A stretch of DNA of 64,000 bases, taken from an uncultured delta proteobacterium. GTDB lineage: Bacteria > Desulfobacterota > Desulfobaccia > Desulfobaccales > 0-14-0-80-60-11. Location: the NCBI GenBank assembly GCA_963773285.1, contig CAVZAM010000006.1, forward strand, positions 25,786 to 89,785, written 5' to 3'. The position numbers and the translations under genes were made by a program. Below, piece by piece: positions 20,369 to 31,758 of this stretch (its first letter is position 1; every line of letters begins with the position of its first letter). Under the pieces are notes generated by a model. The model searched no databases and had not been told where the DNA came from. It saw only the letters and a program-made list of their open reading frames with translations.

Positions 20369-22198
20369 CTATTCCACGGTGACGCTTTTTGCCAGGTTGC
20401 GGGGCTGGTCCACGTCCGTGCCCCTGAGGTCGGCAATGTGGTAGGCCAAAAGCTGCAGAGGGGCTGAGAGCACGATGGGGGCGAGCTCCTGGGGCACCGC
20501 GGGCACCGGTATGAAGCTTTCCACCCGCTCGATGACCTGATAGTTGTCCGCTTCGGTCAGGGCGATGAGGCGGCCGCCCCGGGCCGCCACTTCCTCCAGG
20601 TTGCCCTGGATTTTCTCCAGGACCGGACTCCTGGTGGCCAGGACCACCACCGGCATGTTCTGGTCGATGAGGGCGATGGGACCGTGCTTCATTTCCCCGG
20701 CGGCGTAACCCTCGGCGTGGATGTAGGAGATTTCCTTGAGTTTCAAGGCCCCTTCCAGGGCTATGGGGTAGTTAAGGCCCCGCCCGAGGTACAGGAAGTT
20801 CTGGGCGTTCATATAGGTTTGGGCCACATCCCTGATCTTCATGTCCAGGTCCAGGGTCTCCTGCACCCAGGTGGGCAGGCGTACCAGCTGCCCCAGGCGC
20901 TGGCGGATCTCCGCACGGGTGAGCTTCCCCCGGACCTGGCCCAGGTACAGCGCAATAAGATATAAGGCCACCAGCTGGGTGGTGAAGGCCTTGGTGGAGG
21001 CCACCCCGATCTCCGGGCCGGCATGGGTGTAGAAAACGCAGTCCGCGTCCCGGGCGATACTCGACCCCACCGCATTGACGATGGCCAGGCTTTTCGCCCC
21101 CCGTTCCTTGCCGGCGGTGAGTCCCGCCCGGGTGTCCGCGGTTTCCCCGGACTGGGAGATGGGGATCAACAGGCTCGTCTCGTCCAGCATGGGGTCCCGG
21201 TAGCGGAACTCGGAGCCCAGGTCAACTTCCACCGGCAGACGGCACATGCCTTCGATGAGGTGTTTCCCCACCATGGCGGCATGAAAGGAGGTGCCGCAGG
21301 CCACGATGAAAATCTTCTTGATGGCCTGCAGGTCCTCCCGGGAGAAGGGTACCTCTTCCAGCACCACCTCCCCTTCTTCCTGCTTGATGCGGCTCCGGAA
21401 AGTGTCGATGAGGGCCCGGGGCTGCTCAAAGATCTCCTTTTGCATGAAATGCTTGTACCCGGCCTTTTCCGCCATGGCCGGACTCCAGGTGATGGCGTGC
21501 TCCGGCCGATGCAGCTGTTGGCCGTCGCCGTCCGTGATTTGGAAGCCGCCGTCCTTGATCAGCACCAGGTCGTGGTCCTCCAGAAAGATCACCCGGCGGG
21601 TGTAGGGGAGGATGGCCGGGATGTCCGAGGCCAGGAAAAATTCCCCGTCGCCCAGCCCCAGGATCAGGGGGCTTTCCTTGCGGGCCGCCACCAAAAGGCG
21701 CGGCTCCCTGGCATTGACGATGGCCAGGGCATAAGAGCCCTTGATTTCCTGCAAAGTCTGGCGAATGGCGCTCAGGTAATCCGCCCCCTCGTTTAAGTGG
21801 CGCACCACCAGGTGGGAGACGATCTCCGTGTCGGTCTCGGAGGCGAAGCGGTGGCCGGCCTTTAAAAGCTTTTCCTTGAGATCCAGGTAGTTCTCGATGA
21901 TGCCGTTGTGGACCACGGCGATTTCCCCCACCTGGTGGGGGTGGGCGTTGGCCTCGGAGGGCCGCCCGTGAGTGGCCCAGCGGGTGTGGCCGATGCCTAC
22001 CGTGCCCGACAGGGGTTTTTCCTGCAGGACTTTTTCCAGTTCCCGGAGCTTTCCCAGACTCCGGCGAATGGCCAGGCCGTTGGCCCCTATGACCGCCACC
22101 CCGGCGGAGTCATAGCCCCGGTATTCCAGACGCTTCAAGCCGTCCAGGAGAATGGGCATGGCCTCCTGGGGGCCGAGATAACCGATAATGCCGCACAT
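20369..22198 (-). CDS. glmS: glutamine--fructose-6-phosphate aminotransferase
   Basis: 609-aa ORF with N-terminal MCGIIGY and a C-terminal ...KSVTVE. Confidence 0.97.
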   Translation of the reverse strand: MCGIIGYLGPQEAMPILLDGLKRLEYRGYDSAGVAVIGANGLAIRRSLGKLRELEKVLQEKPLSGTVGIGHTRWATHGRPSEANAHPHQVGEIAVVHNGIIENYLDLKEKLLKAGHRFASETDTEIVSHLVVRHLNEGADYLSAIRQTLQEIKGSYALAIVNAREPRLLVAARKESPLILGLGDGEFFLASDIPAILPYTRRVIFLEDHDLVLIKDGGFQITDGDGQQLHRPEHAITWSPAMAEKAGYKHFMQKEIFEQPRALIDTFRSRIKQEEGEVVLEEVPFSREDLQAIKKIFIVACGTSFHAAMVGKHLIEGMCRLPVEVDLGSEFRYRDPMLDETSLLIPISQSGETADTRAGLTAGKERGAKSLAIVNAVGSSIARDADCVFYTHAGPEIGVASTKAFTTQLVALYLIALYLGQVRGKLTRAEIRQRLGQLVRLPTWVQETLDLDMKIRDVAQTYMNAQNFLYLGRGLNYPIALEGALKLKEISYIHAEGYAAGEMKHGPIALIDQNMPVVVLATRSPVLEKIQGNLEEVAARGGRLIALTEADNYQVIERVESFIPVPAVPQELAPIVLSAPLQLLAYHIADLRGTDVDQPRNLAKSVTVE

Positions 22199-22235
22199 AG
22201 TGGCCTCTTTTAAATTAAGAAGTGCAATCCTTCAG

Positions 22236-22595
22236 TTAGGAAGTGTAATGGGCGATGTCCCGTAGTACCTGGTGGTTGCCATCGAAATAAAAAACCTCGG
22301 CGACGCCTTTGCCGTGGACACCTTGGTGGTAAACGACAATACTATCAACGCCCAACATAACTTCTATCAACTTCATGTGTAGATCCGAGTACCGTTCCAG
22401 GGCCTTGGCCCAATAAGCCCGGATATTTTCTTTGCCTTTAAGGATGCCGCTTTGCTCCTGCGCCAGATCAGCAATGAAAGGTGAGGTCACCTCGATATCA
22501 TTGGCACAGAGTGACATGATCCGATCCAGGTTGTGAGAATTCCACGCATCTATCCACTGTTGGGCGAACTCCTGGGCAAACTGGGCTGTGATCAT
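22236..22595 (-). CDS. SnoaL-like / NTF2-fold protein
   Basis: 119-aa ORF with the pattern QQWIDAWNSHNLDRIMSLCANDIEV. GC is visibly lower than in the flanking genes. Confidence 0.65.
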   Translation of the reverse strand: MITAQFAQEFAQQWIDAWNSHNLDRIMSLCANDIEVTSPFIADLAQEQSGILKGKENIRAYWAKALERYSDLHMKLIEVMLGVDSIVVYHQGVHGKGVAEVFYFDGNHQVLRDIAHYTS

Positions 22596-22700
22596 GGCTT
22601 ATTTCTCCCGAACTGGTCATTAGGTGCTCTGCGCGGAGCAGTTATTATGGTCCCGAGCTGTTGGGGCCGGGTGGTTATTACCGAGCAACTTCGTTTAGGC

Positions 22701-24107
22701 CTATTTTTTCTTCAGGAGGCGCCGTTCCATGATCACCTGCCGGGCCCGGCTGAGGCCCAGCTTCCCCGGGGGCACCTCCCTGGTGATGGTGGAGCCCGCG
22801 CCCACGTAAGCCCCGGCGCCGATGGTCACCGGCGCCACCAGGGCGGTGTTGCTGCCGATGAAGGCCCCTTCGCCGATGATGGTCTTGTGTTTGTTGACCC
22901 CGTCGTAGTTGCAGGTGATGGTGCCGGCGCCGACGTTGGTCCCGGCCCCCACCTCGGCGTCGCCCAGATAGGTGAGGTGGTTGGCCTTGACGCCGGGGTA
23001 AAGTATAGACTTTTTCACTTCGACGAAATTGCCCACCCGGGCCCCTGCCCTCAAGTCGCTCAAGGGCCTGAGGTGCGAATACGGCCCCACCTGCACCCCT
23101 TCGGCCAGGCGGCTTTCGGTGATGACCGAGCCCATTTTGACGTGGACGTTAGCGGCCAGGGTGGCGTCGCTGATCTTGACGTTGGGCTCGATGAGGCAAT
23201 CCTCGCCGATCCTGGTGCGCCCTTCCAGGTAGACGTTGGGGTAGACCACCGTGTCCCGGCCGATGACCACCTGGGGGCCGATATAGGTGCTTTCGGGGTC
23301 CACCAGGGTGACCCCGGCAGCCATGTGGGCCTCGTTGATGCGCATTTTCAGGGTCCGGGTGGCCTCGGCCAGTTCTTTGCGGCTGTTGATGCCCAGAAGA
23401 TCGGGCCAGTCCGGGTCCAGCAGGGCCTCCACGGTGCCGCCGTGGTGCCGGGCCAGGTGAATCATATCGGTAAGGTAGATTTCCCCGGTTACCGGGCTCA
23501 CTTTTAGCTCGGGGAGGAGCTGGCGCAGTGACGCGGCGTCAAAGCAGTAGGCCCCGGTGTTGATTTCCCGGATGGCCAGGATGTCGGGGCGGTCGGCCGC
23601 GTCCTTGGTTTGGAGCACGTCCAGCACCCGGCCCTCGGCATCCCGCACCACCCGGCCATAATGGCCGCCATCCGGCAGTTCCACGGTCTGGACGGTCACC
23701 TTGGCGCCAGACTGCTTATGCAGCCGGTAAAGGGCCTCGATGCTGTCGCCGGAGATAAGGGGCACATCGCCGCACAGCACCATGACGGTCTCAGCATCCG
23801 GCGGCACCGAGGGCATGGCCACCTGCACGGCGTGACCGGTCCCCAGCAGGGGCTCCTGGATCACGAACCGGAGTCCCTCTACCTCTTCCGTGGCCAGGGC
23901 GCCGATGACTTTCTCAGACTGATAGCCCACCACCACCAGGATATCGGTGATCCCTATCGAATTGAGAGCGTCGATAAGATAGGTGATCATGGGCCGCCCC
24001 AGGATCTGGTGGAGGACCTTGGGATGGCCTGATTTCATGCGGGTCCCCTGGCCCGCGGCCAGGATGACGGCGGTGGTGGAATTCAATTTTTCACCCATAT
24101 GGGTCAT
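22701..24107 (-). CDS. glmU: bifunctional UDP-GlcNAc pyrophosphorylase / GlcN-1-P acetyltransferase
   Basis: 468-aa ORF with the LAAGQGTRMKS motif and C-terminal hexapeptide repeats. Confidence 0.95.
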   Translation of the reverse strand: MTHMGEKLNSTTAVILAAGQGTRMKSGHPKVLHQILGRPMITYLIDALNSIGITDILVVVGYQSEKVIGALATEEVEGLRFVIQEPLLGTGHAVQVAMPSVPPDAETVMVLCGDVPLISGDSIEALYRLHKQSGAKVTVQTVELPDGGHYGRVVRDAEGRVLDVLQTKDAADRPDILAIREINTGAYCFDAASLRQLLPELKVSPVTGEIYLTDMIHLARHHGGTVEALLDPDWPDLLGINSRKELAEATRTLKMRINEAHMAAGVTLVDPESTYIGPQVVIGRDTVVYPNVYLEGRTRIGEDCLIEPNVKISDATLAANVHVKMGSVITESRLAEGVQVGPYSHLRPLSDLRAGARVGNFVEVKKSILYPGVKANHLTYLGDAEVGAGTNVGAGTITCNYDGVNKHKTIIGEGAFIGSNTALVAPVTIGAGAYVGAGSTITREVPPGKLGLSRARQVIMERRLLKKK

Positions 24108-24139
24108 ATCCTTTGCAGGAGTTGTACCAAAATTTTTTG

Positions 24140-24159
24140 GTGCGTAAGACGCACCCTAC
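24140..24159. repeat. REP-like palindrome (GTGCGTAAGACGCACCCTAC), left member of an inverted pair
   Basis: 19/20 identical to the reverse complement of 24508-24527. Read on the minus strand it is GTAGGG + hairpin GTGCGT/ACGCAC. Confidence 0.7.
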
Positions 24160-24179
24160 ATTTCTGAGTTCCCCGAGGA

Positions 24180-24488
24180 CTATTTTTGTAGCTTTTTGAG
24201 AACTTCCGCCCTTGCAGAAGGAGAAAGTTGTTCGAAGGAATCCTCAACATTCTCTACCAATTCATCGCTCCGGTCTTTGAGATATTCGTGAAACCTTTTG
24301 ATTTGAGCCTCGGTGACTAGCTTATTTTGCAGCAGATGAGATTCCTCTTGGTCCTCCATCTCGCTAAAGAGATTAAGATTCAAAGATTTCACCTGAGCTT
24401 CGGGGGTCACTAAAAGGCCTTCGGCATCAGCTGTTTTTTCAATGAAAATAAAATATAGATTTGAGCTTTTATTTTTGCATGTCTCCAT
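24180..24488 (-). CDS. hypothetical acidic protein (102 aa)
   Basis: An internal ATG at 24488 (METCKNK...). It is AT-rich and lies entirely between the two REP-like palindromes. I recognise no family. Confidence 0.4.
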   Translation of the reverse strand: METCKNKSSNLYFIFIEKTADAEGLLVTPEAQVKSLNLNLFSEMEDQEESHLLQNKLVTEAQIKRFHEYLKDRSDELVENVEDSFEQLSPSARAEVLKKLQK

Positions 24489-24507
24489 ATCGCTCTTTCC
24501 TATATAC

Positions 24508-24527
24508 GTAGGGTGCGTTTTACGCAC
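24508..24527. repeat. REP-like palindrome (GTAGGGTGCGTTTTACGCAC), right member of the inverted pair
   Basis: A GTAG tetranucleotide followed by a 6-bp stem with a T4 loop. Confidence 0.7.
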
Positions 24528-24579
24528 TATAATCATTCACCAAAATTATCAGACAGATACTCATCAGCGCCTCCTTTCT

Positions 24580-24777
24580 CTACCCCATCACCGCATAATC
24601 CATCGCTCGAGGGTTATCCATGCGCTTGGAGGCATCCAAAATTTCCATGCCGACGATATGCCCTTCTTTATCATAGTCGATAATAACCCCCGGCTTGTCC
24701 TCATCGCTTTCCTCAATGAGGGCGTTTCTAAATATAATGCGTAGCAAGTCAATTTCAGGATCGTAAGTTATCTTCAT
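24580..24777 (-). CDS. DUF2283-domain protein
   Basis: 65-aa ORF MKITYDPEIDLLRIIF...IIDYDKEGHIVGMEILDAS, the typical DUF2283 pattern. Confidence 0.75.
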   Translation of the reverse strand: MKITYDPEIDLLRIIFRNALIEESDEDKPGVIIDYDKEGHIVGMEILDASKRMDNPRAMDYAVMG

Positions 24778-24958
24778 CGGTTGGCTTTAATAAATGATAA
24801 CCCTGCAAGCTTTGGTCGTCCCATTCAGCCCGTAGCTCTTCCTGATAAGCCAGGCCGTCTCCCTTGTTCCAGATGCCAGTGGTGTTTCCACTAACCTTTG
24901 ATAAATCCTCTTGCGTTCCCTCTTGTTCATTTGCCTGATCCTGTTGATAGTAGGCCAA
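24755..24958 (-). CDS. hypothetical small protein (possible antitoxin-like remnant)
   Basis: 67-aa ORF with a TTG start. The tail GIWNKGDGLAYQEELRAEWD resembles antitoxin C-termini I recall, but this is weak. Confidence 0.3.
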   Translation of the reverse strand: MAYYQQDQANEQEGTQEDLSKVSGNTTGIWNKGDGLAYQEELRAEWDDQSLQGYHLLKPTDEDNLRS

Positions 24959-24990
24959 AAATGGGAAGCCTGGTTAACAATAGTCCAGTT

Positions 24991-25015
24991 GGCGCAGGCT
25001 AAAGCCTGCGGCTAC
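24991..25015. repeat. second REP-like GTAG palindrome (minus-strand GTAGCCGCAGGCTTTAGCCTGCGCC)
   Basis: GTAG followed by a 6-bp stem GCAGGC/GCCTGC with a 4-nt loop. Confidence 0.55.
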
Positions 25016-25071
25016 AGGCTTAGACCTTCTCAATCTTATCTATAAATAATACATCGACAAGGTAAGTTTGT

Positions 25072-25109
25072 AAAAAAAGAAAGGCAAGCCCGGAAACCCA
25101 GGCTTGCCT
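25072..25109 (-). terminator. rho-independent terminator of the atp operon
   Basis: The minus-strand RNA has AGGCAAGCC-10 nt-GGCUUGCCU followed by UUCUUUUUUU, 30 nt after the atpC stop. Confidence 0.8.
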
Positions 25110-25139
25110 GTGATGTGTCTATGGTTATAGGGTCAGCGG

Positions 25140-25544
25140 TTAACGGCCGGCCACCTTCATGCGGACCATGGCCCGGCGGAGGGCCGCCTCGGCCCGGGCC
25201 CAATCGACATCTTCGGTCCTGGCCTTGGCCAGCCGTTTCTCGGCCCGCTCCAAGGCCCGGCGGGCCCGCTCGATATCGATCTCTTTGCCGACCTCAGCGG
25301 CCTCGGCCACGATGGTGACCTTCTTGCCAGTGACCTCGGCGAAACCGCCGCCCACTGACAGGAACTCGGTTTTACCGCCGTCCCGGTAATACATTTCCCC
25401 GATATCCAGGGCCGAGAGGAAGGGGACGTGCCCGTAAAGGACGCCGAACTGGCCTTCCACCCCCGGGAGTACCACCACATCCGCTTCGGCGGAGAGGAGC
25501 TTCCGGTCCGGGGTGACAACTTCCAACAATAACTTCTCTGCCAT
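25140..25544 (-). CDS. atpC: F1 ATP synthase epsilon subunit
   Basis: 134-aa ORF beginning LLLEVVTPDRKL.., last in the atp cluster. Confidence 0.93.
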   Translation of the reverse strand: MAEKLLLEVVTPDRKLLSAEADVVVLPGVEGQFGVLYGHVPFLSALDIGEMYYRDGGKTEFLSVGGGFAEVTGKKVTIVAEAAEVGKEIDIERARRALERAEKRLAKARTEDVDWARAEAALRRAMVRMKVAGR

Positions 25545-25564
25545 TGTGCTGGCCTCCCCGGGGC

Positions 25565-27878
<2,314 letters not shown>

Positions 27879-27897
27879 GGCTTATCCTCCAGCTCCC

Positions 27898-29424
27898 TTA
27901 AGCAGCTGCGTCGATGGTGGACTGGAAGACGCTATCGAACTCCGTAAAGGCAGCCTTCATGCGGTTGTCGAGATCCTCGGAGATGGCTTTGGACTCTTTG
28001 ATCTCCTTCAGAAGCTCAATGTGCTTGGATTCCAGGAAGGAGTAGAGCTGCTGCTCGTATTGATGGAGCGCATCCACCGGGTACTTGTCCAGGAAGCCCC
28101 GGGTGCCGGCATAAATAATAGAAATCTGCCGTTCCATGACGAGGGGCTGGTACTGGGGCTGCTTCAGGATTTCCACCAGCCGGATGCCCCGGTTGAGCTG
28201 CTGCTGGGTGGACTTATCGAGCTCGGAGCCGAACTGGGCAAAAGCGGCCAGTTCCCGGTACTGGGCCAACTCCAGGCGCAGCATGCCGGCCACCTGCTTC
28301 ATGGCCTTGACCTGGGCGGCGCCGCCGACCCGGGAGACCGACAGACCGACGTTGATGGCGGGGCGGATACCGGAGAAGAACAGACTGGGCTCCAGGTACA
28401 CCTGGCCGTCGGTGATGGAAATAACGTTGGTGGGAATGTAGGCCGACACGTCGCCCTGCTGGGTCTCGATGATGGGCAGGGCCGTCATGGACCCGCCGCC
28501 CAGCGCGTCGTTCAGCTTGGCGGCCCGCTCCAGGAGGCGGGAGTGGTTATAAAAGATGTCCCCCGGATAGGCCTCACGACCCGGCGGGCGGCGCAGCAGC
28601 AGGGAAATCTGCCGGTAGGCCTGGGCCTGCTTGGTGAGGTCATCGTAGATGATCAGGGCGTGGCGGCCGGAGTCACGGTAGTATTCCCCCATGGCGCAAC
28701 CGGAATAGGCGGCCACGTATTGCAAGGCCGCGGGCTCCGAGGCGGAAGCATTGACCACGATGGTGTGTTTCATGGCGCCGTGGCGCTCGAGGGCGTCCAC
28801 CACCTGGGCCACCGTGGACTTCTTCTGGCCGACGGCCACGTAAATGCAGATGACGCCCGAGTCTTTCTGGTTAATGATGGCGTCTACGCACAGGGCGGTT
28901 TTGCCGATCTGGCGGTCGCCGATGACCAGTTCCCGCTGACCGCGGCCCACCGGGGTCATGGCGTCGATGGCCTTGTAGCCCGTGTACATGGGTTCGTTCA
29001 CCGGCTGGCGCTCGATGACGCCCGGCGCCTTCATCTCGATGCGGCGGAATTCCTTGGCCTCGATGGGGCCCTTGCCGTCGATGGGGTTGCCCACCGGGTC
29101 GATGACCCGGCCGATGACCGCGTCGCCCACCGGCACCTCAGCGATGCGCGCGGTGCGCTTGACGATATCGCCCTCTTTAATGTGGGTATCTTCGCCGAGG
29201 ATGGCGCATCCCACGTTATCCTCTTCGAGATTGAGGGCGATGCCGTAGATTTTGCCCGGGAACTCGAGAAGTTCCATGGCCATGCACTTTTCCACCCCGT
29301 AGACCCGGGCGATGCCGTCACCCACGGAGAGGACCGTGCCGGTCTCGGCCACTTCCACCTTCTTTTCATAATCCTTGATTTGCGTGCGGATAATTTGGCT
29401 GATTTCCTCGGCTCTGATTTCCAT
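27898..29424 (-). CDS. atpA: F1 ATP synthase alpha subunit
   Basis: 508-aa ORF with Walker [10 protein letters not shown]. Confidence 0.98.
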   Translation of the reverse strand: MEIRAEEISQIIRTQIKDYEKKVEVAETGTVLSVGDGIARVYGVEKCMAMELLEFPGKIYGIALNLEEDNVGCAILGEDTHIKEGDIVKRTARIAEVPVGDAVIGRVIDPVGNPIDGKGPIEAKEFRRIEMKAPGVIERQPVNEPMYTGYKAIDAMTPVGRGQRELVIGDRQIGKTALCVDAIINQKDSGVICIYVAVGQKKSTVAQVVDALERHGAMKHTIVVNASASEPAALQYVAAYSGCAMGEYYRDSGRHALIIYDDLTKQAQAYRQISLLLRRPPGREAYPGDIFYNHSRLLERAAKLNDALGGGSMTALPIIETQQGDVSAYIPTNVISITDGQVYLEPSLFFSGIRPAINVGLSVSRVGGAAQVKAMKQVAGMLRLELAQYRELAAFAQFGSELDKSTQQQLNRGIRLVEILKQPQYQPLVMERQISIIYAGTRGFLDKYPVDALHQYEQQLYSFLESKHIELLKEIKESKAISEDLDNRMKAAFTEFDSVFQSTIDAAA

Positions 29425-29976
29425 TTATACGACCTCGCCTTTAGTTAAAGATTCTCGCATAGCGTCAAGCTGGGTGCGGACACTGCCGTCCAGCACCAGG
29501 TCCCCCACCATGGCGACGACGCCGCCGATGATGCCGGGGTCTTCTTCAAATTCCATGACCACCTTGGACTTGGTCATCTTTTCCAGGGCCTTCTGCAGGC
29601 GCTCCTGCATGCCTTCATCCAGGGGGACCGCAGATTTGATCCGGGCCCGTTTGAGATTCTCCATTTCGTCGGCCAGGTGCTGGTAAACCTCGGAAATGCC
29701 GGGAAGAGCGGCGAGACGGAGCTTGTCAAACAGGAGTTTCAGAAAATTGCTCACCATGGGGGAGAGCTTCAAGAGTTCAGCGATGCGCAGCAGGAGGCTT
29801 TTGCGCTCCTCCATGCTGTGCACCGGGTTGAGCAGGGCATCCTTGAGTTCCGGTTCCCGCTCCATGAGCTGGGTGAAAGTCTTCAGCTCGTCCCCGTACT
29901 CCTTGAATTTGCCATCGTCCTGGCCCAACATCATCAAGGCCCTGGCGTAGCGTCGGGAAACGGTCAGGTCGATCAA
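29425..29976 (-). CDS. atpH: F1 ATP synthase delta subunit (OSCP)
   Basis: 183-aa ORF beginning VSRRYARAL, positioned between atpF and atpA. Confidence 0.9.
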   Translation of the reverse strand: MIDLTVSRRYARALMMLGQDDGKFKEYGDELKTFTQLMEREPELKDALLNPVHSMEERKSLLLRIAELLKLSPMVSNFLKLLFDKLRLAALPGISEVYQHLADEMENLKRARIKSAVPLDEGMQERLQKALEKMTKSKVVMEFEEDPGIIGGVVAMVGDLVLDGSVRTQLDAMRESLTKGEVV

Positions 29977-30593
29977 TGTTTCTGTACCACCTTATGTAGG
30001 TATTCCTCCACCAACTTGGACTGGTCAGTGGAAGTGATTTCCTTTTTGATGAGCGCTTCCGCCATCTGGGTGGCCTTTTCCGCCACTTCCTGCTTGAGCT
30101 CCAGGGCGGCTTTCTTGGTCTCCTGCTCGATGCTCACCGCAGCCATTTCCTTGATGCGGGTGGCCACCATCTCGGCCTTCTCGATGATCTTTTTCTTCTC
30201 CAGCTCGCCCTCGGCAATGAACTGCTTGATGAGATCTTCCCGCTTATCGGCTACTTCGGCCAGCATTTTCCGGGCTTCCTTGAGGGCGGCCTCGGCCTCG
30301 GTCTTTTTGGTCTCCAGATCCTCCAGGGTTTCGCCGATTTCCTCAGTGCGCTTGGCGAAAAAGGCCTTGGCGGGCTTGGCGACCAGCTTCACCAGGATGG
30401 CGGCGAACACCACGAAGTTAAGGGTGCGCCACATAAAATCGTTGAGCTTTTCCGGGGTGATGGCATGGCCGTGGGCGGCGGCGCCGTGTGCGGCTTCCTC
30501 GCTGGCCCACACCAGGCTCGCGGTCAAAAGCAGCGTGCCCAGTCCCAGGAGAGTCCCCATGCACCACTGTGAGCTTTTCCATCTGTTTTTCAT
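29973..30593 (-). CDS. atpF: Fo ATP synthase subunit b
   Basis: 206-aa ORF with one TM segment followed by a long charged coiled coil. It has a 4-nt overlap with atpH. Confidence 0.85.
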   Translation of the reverse strand: MKNRWKSSQWCMGTLLGLGTLLLTASLVWASEEAAHGAAAHGHAITPEKLNDFMWRTLNFVVFAAILVKLVAKPAKAFFAKRTEEIGETLEDLETKKTEAEAALKEARKMLAEVADKREDLIKQFIAEGELEKKKIIEKAEMVATRIKEMAAVSIEQETKKAALELKQEVAEKATQMAEALIKKEITSTDQSKLVEEYLHKVVQKH

Positions 30594-31018
30594 GAGAGTT
30601 TCCTCCCCAGAATTTTGGTGGCCAGAGCCATGGCGAAATCCTGGGTTTGAGCCTGCAAGGCTTCCCGGGCTTTCCCGACATCTTTCTTAATCTTGGCTTC
30701 CACCTTGGTCCACTGGGCGTCCACTTCTTTTTTCACCTGCTCGAGCAGGGAACTCTCAGCCTGGGAACCCTCCTGACGCAGGGTTTCCCGAAGTCCCAAA
30801 CCTTCCCGCCGGGCCTGAACCAGCTCTTCGTCCACCTTTCCCAGGATACCCAGGCGGTTGTCCGCCAGCCCGGTGATGTCCTCCTCGAAGCCGGCCAACC
30901 GGGCTTTCCGTTCCAGGAGGATCTTCCTGATGGGTCTGAAGAGCACCATGTTCAAAAGGAACACCAGCACGAGAAAATTGAGAATTTGTGCAAACAATGT
31001 CCAATCGATATCAATCAT
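30590..31018 (-). CDS. Fo ATP synthase subunit b' (second b-type subunit)
   Basis: 142-aa ORF with TM segment FAQILNFLVLVFLLNMVLF followed by a coiled coil. It has a 4-nt overlap with atpF. Confidence 0.85.
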   Translation of the reverse strand: MIDIDWTLFAQILNFLVLVFLLNMVLFRPIRKILLERKARLAGFEEDITGLADNRLGILGKVDEELVQARREGLGLRETLRQEGSQAESSLLEQVKKEVDAQWTKVEAKIKKDVGKAREALQAQTQDFAMALATKILGRKLS

Positions 31019-31166
31019 CTCGGAGGGCCACCTCTTAATTTTATTTGCATATTAAAGGGTTACTTAAAAAAAGCCCAGGTGCGGAAAAAGGAGCACATGT
31101 GTATCTTTTCACGAATGCCCTTTTATCCTATTTTCAAGCACCTGTCAAAATGTTTTTTGAAAAAAT

Positions 31167-31247
31167 TTCACCCGCCCAACAGAAAGCGGCGCATGCGCAG
31201 GTTGAGCAGCAGGCCCACGGCCAGCATGGTGGTGATGAGAGAGGACC
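31167..31247 (-). repeat. orphan duplicate of the rodA 3' end (25 codons plus stop)
   Basis: The 70-nt core 31167-31236 differs at 2 positions from 31758-31827. It still encodes SSLITTMLAVGLLLNLRMRRFLLGG-stop, with synonymous differences at its upstream end. Confidence 0.85.
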
Positions 31248-31283
31248 TCGGAGTTATACTTTGGGACTCCCCTCTTATACGCG

Positions 31284-31523
31284 TTAGATTTTTTCCTTGG
31301 TCAGCCAGTCTATAAGGACATCCCGAGAGACATCCACGTCATGGAGAATTTTATTAACTAGTCCCCGGCCTAAATCTTCTCCTTTATGAAAAGGGACTGT
31401 AGCGGTGCGGCCGTCAGCATGTCGAAAAAAAATGTGGCTGCCGTGCTGTCTACTTTTCTTGAACCCTCGCGCTACCAGGAATTTTACCATCAGAATAGAG
31501 CTGATGGTAGGCAGACGGCTCAT
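31284..31523 (-). CDS. hicA: type II toxin HicA (mRNA interferase)
   Basis: 79-aa ORF with FLVARGFKKSRQHGSHIFFRHADGRTATVPFH, the HicA/YcfA signature. Confidence 0.9.
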   Translation of the reverse strand: MSRLPTISSILMVKFLVARGFKKSRQHGSHIFFRHADGRTATVPFHKGEDLGRGLVNKILHDVDVSRDVLIDWLTKEKI

Positions 31524-31732
31524 GCGTTGATCTCAATCTGTTGTACTGCCTCAAAACTCATGGGCACCGGTTCTTCTTCCAGGAGGCAAAGCTCAATGAC
31601 CTCCTTGACCCTGGGAAGTAGCTCTTCCATGGTTTTTCCCTGAGTATAACAGCTTTTCAAAGAAGGTACGGTGGCCACCAGGAGGCCATCTTCATCCCGT
31701 TCAATTAATACCGTGAAAAGATGTTTTTTCAT
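31520..31732 (-). CDS. hicB: type II antitoxin HicB (short UPF0150 type)
   Basis: 70-aa ORF with FTVLIERDEDGLLVATVPSLKSCYTQGKTMEEL. It has a 4-nt overlap with hicA. Confidence 0.88.
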   Translation of the reverse strand: MKKHLFTVLIERDEDGLLVATVPSLKSCYTQGKTMEELLPRVKEVIELCLLEEEPVPMSFEAVQQIEINA

Positions 31733-31758
31733 CGCTCGATCATCCCTTTTTTATTCCT

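Noticed and set aside
22199-22235. glmS ribozyme upstream of glmS
   Set aside because: Only 37 nt separate glmS from the preceding ORF, and the sequence shows none of the conserved ribozyme core. That ribozyme is characteristic of Gram-positive lineages.
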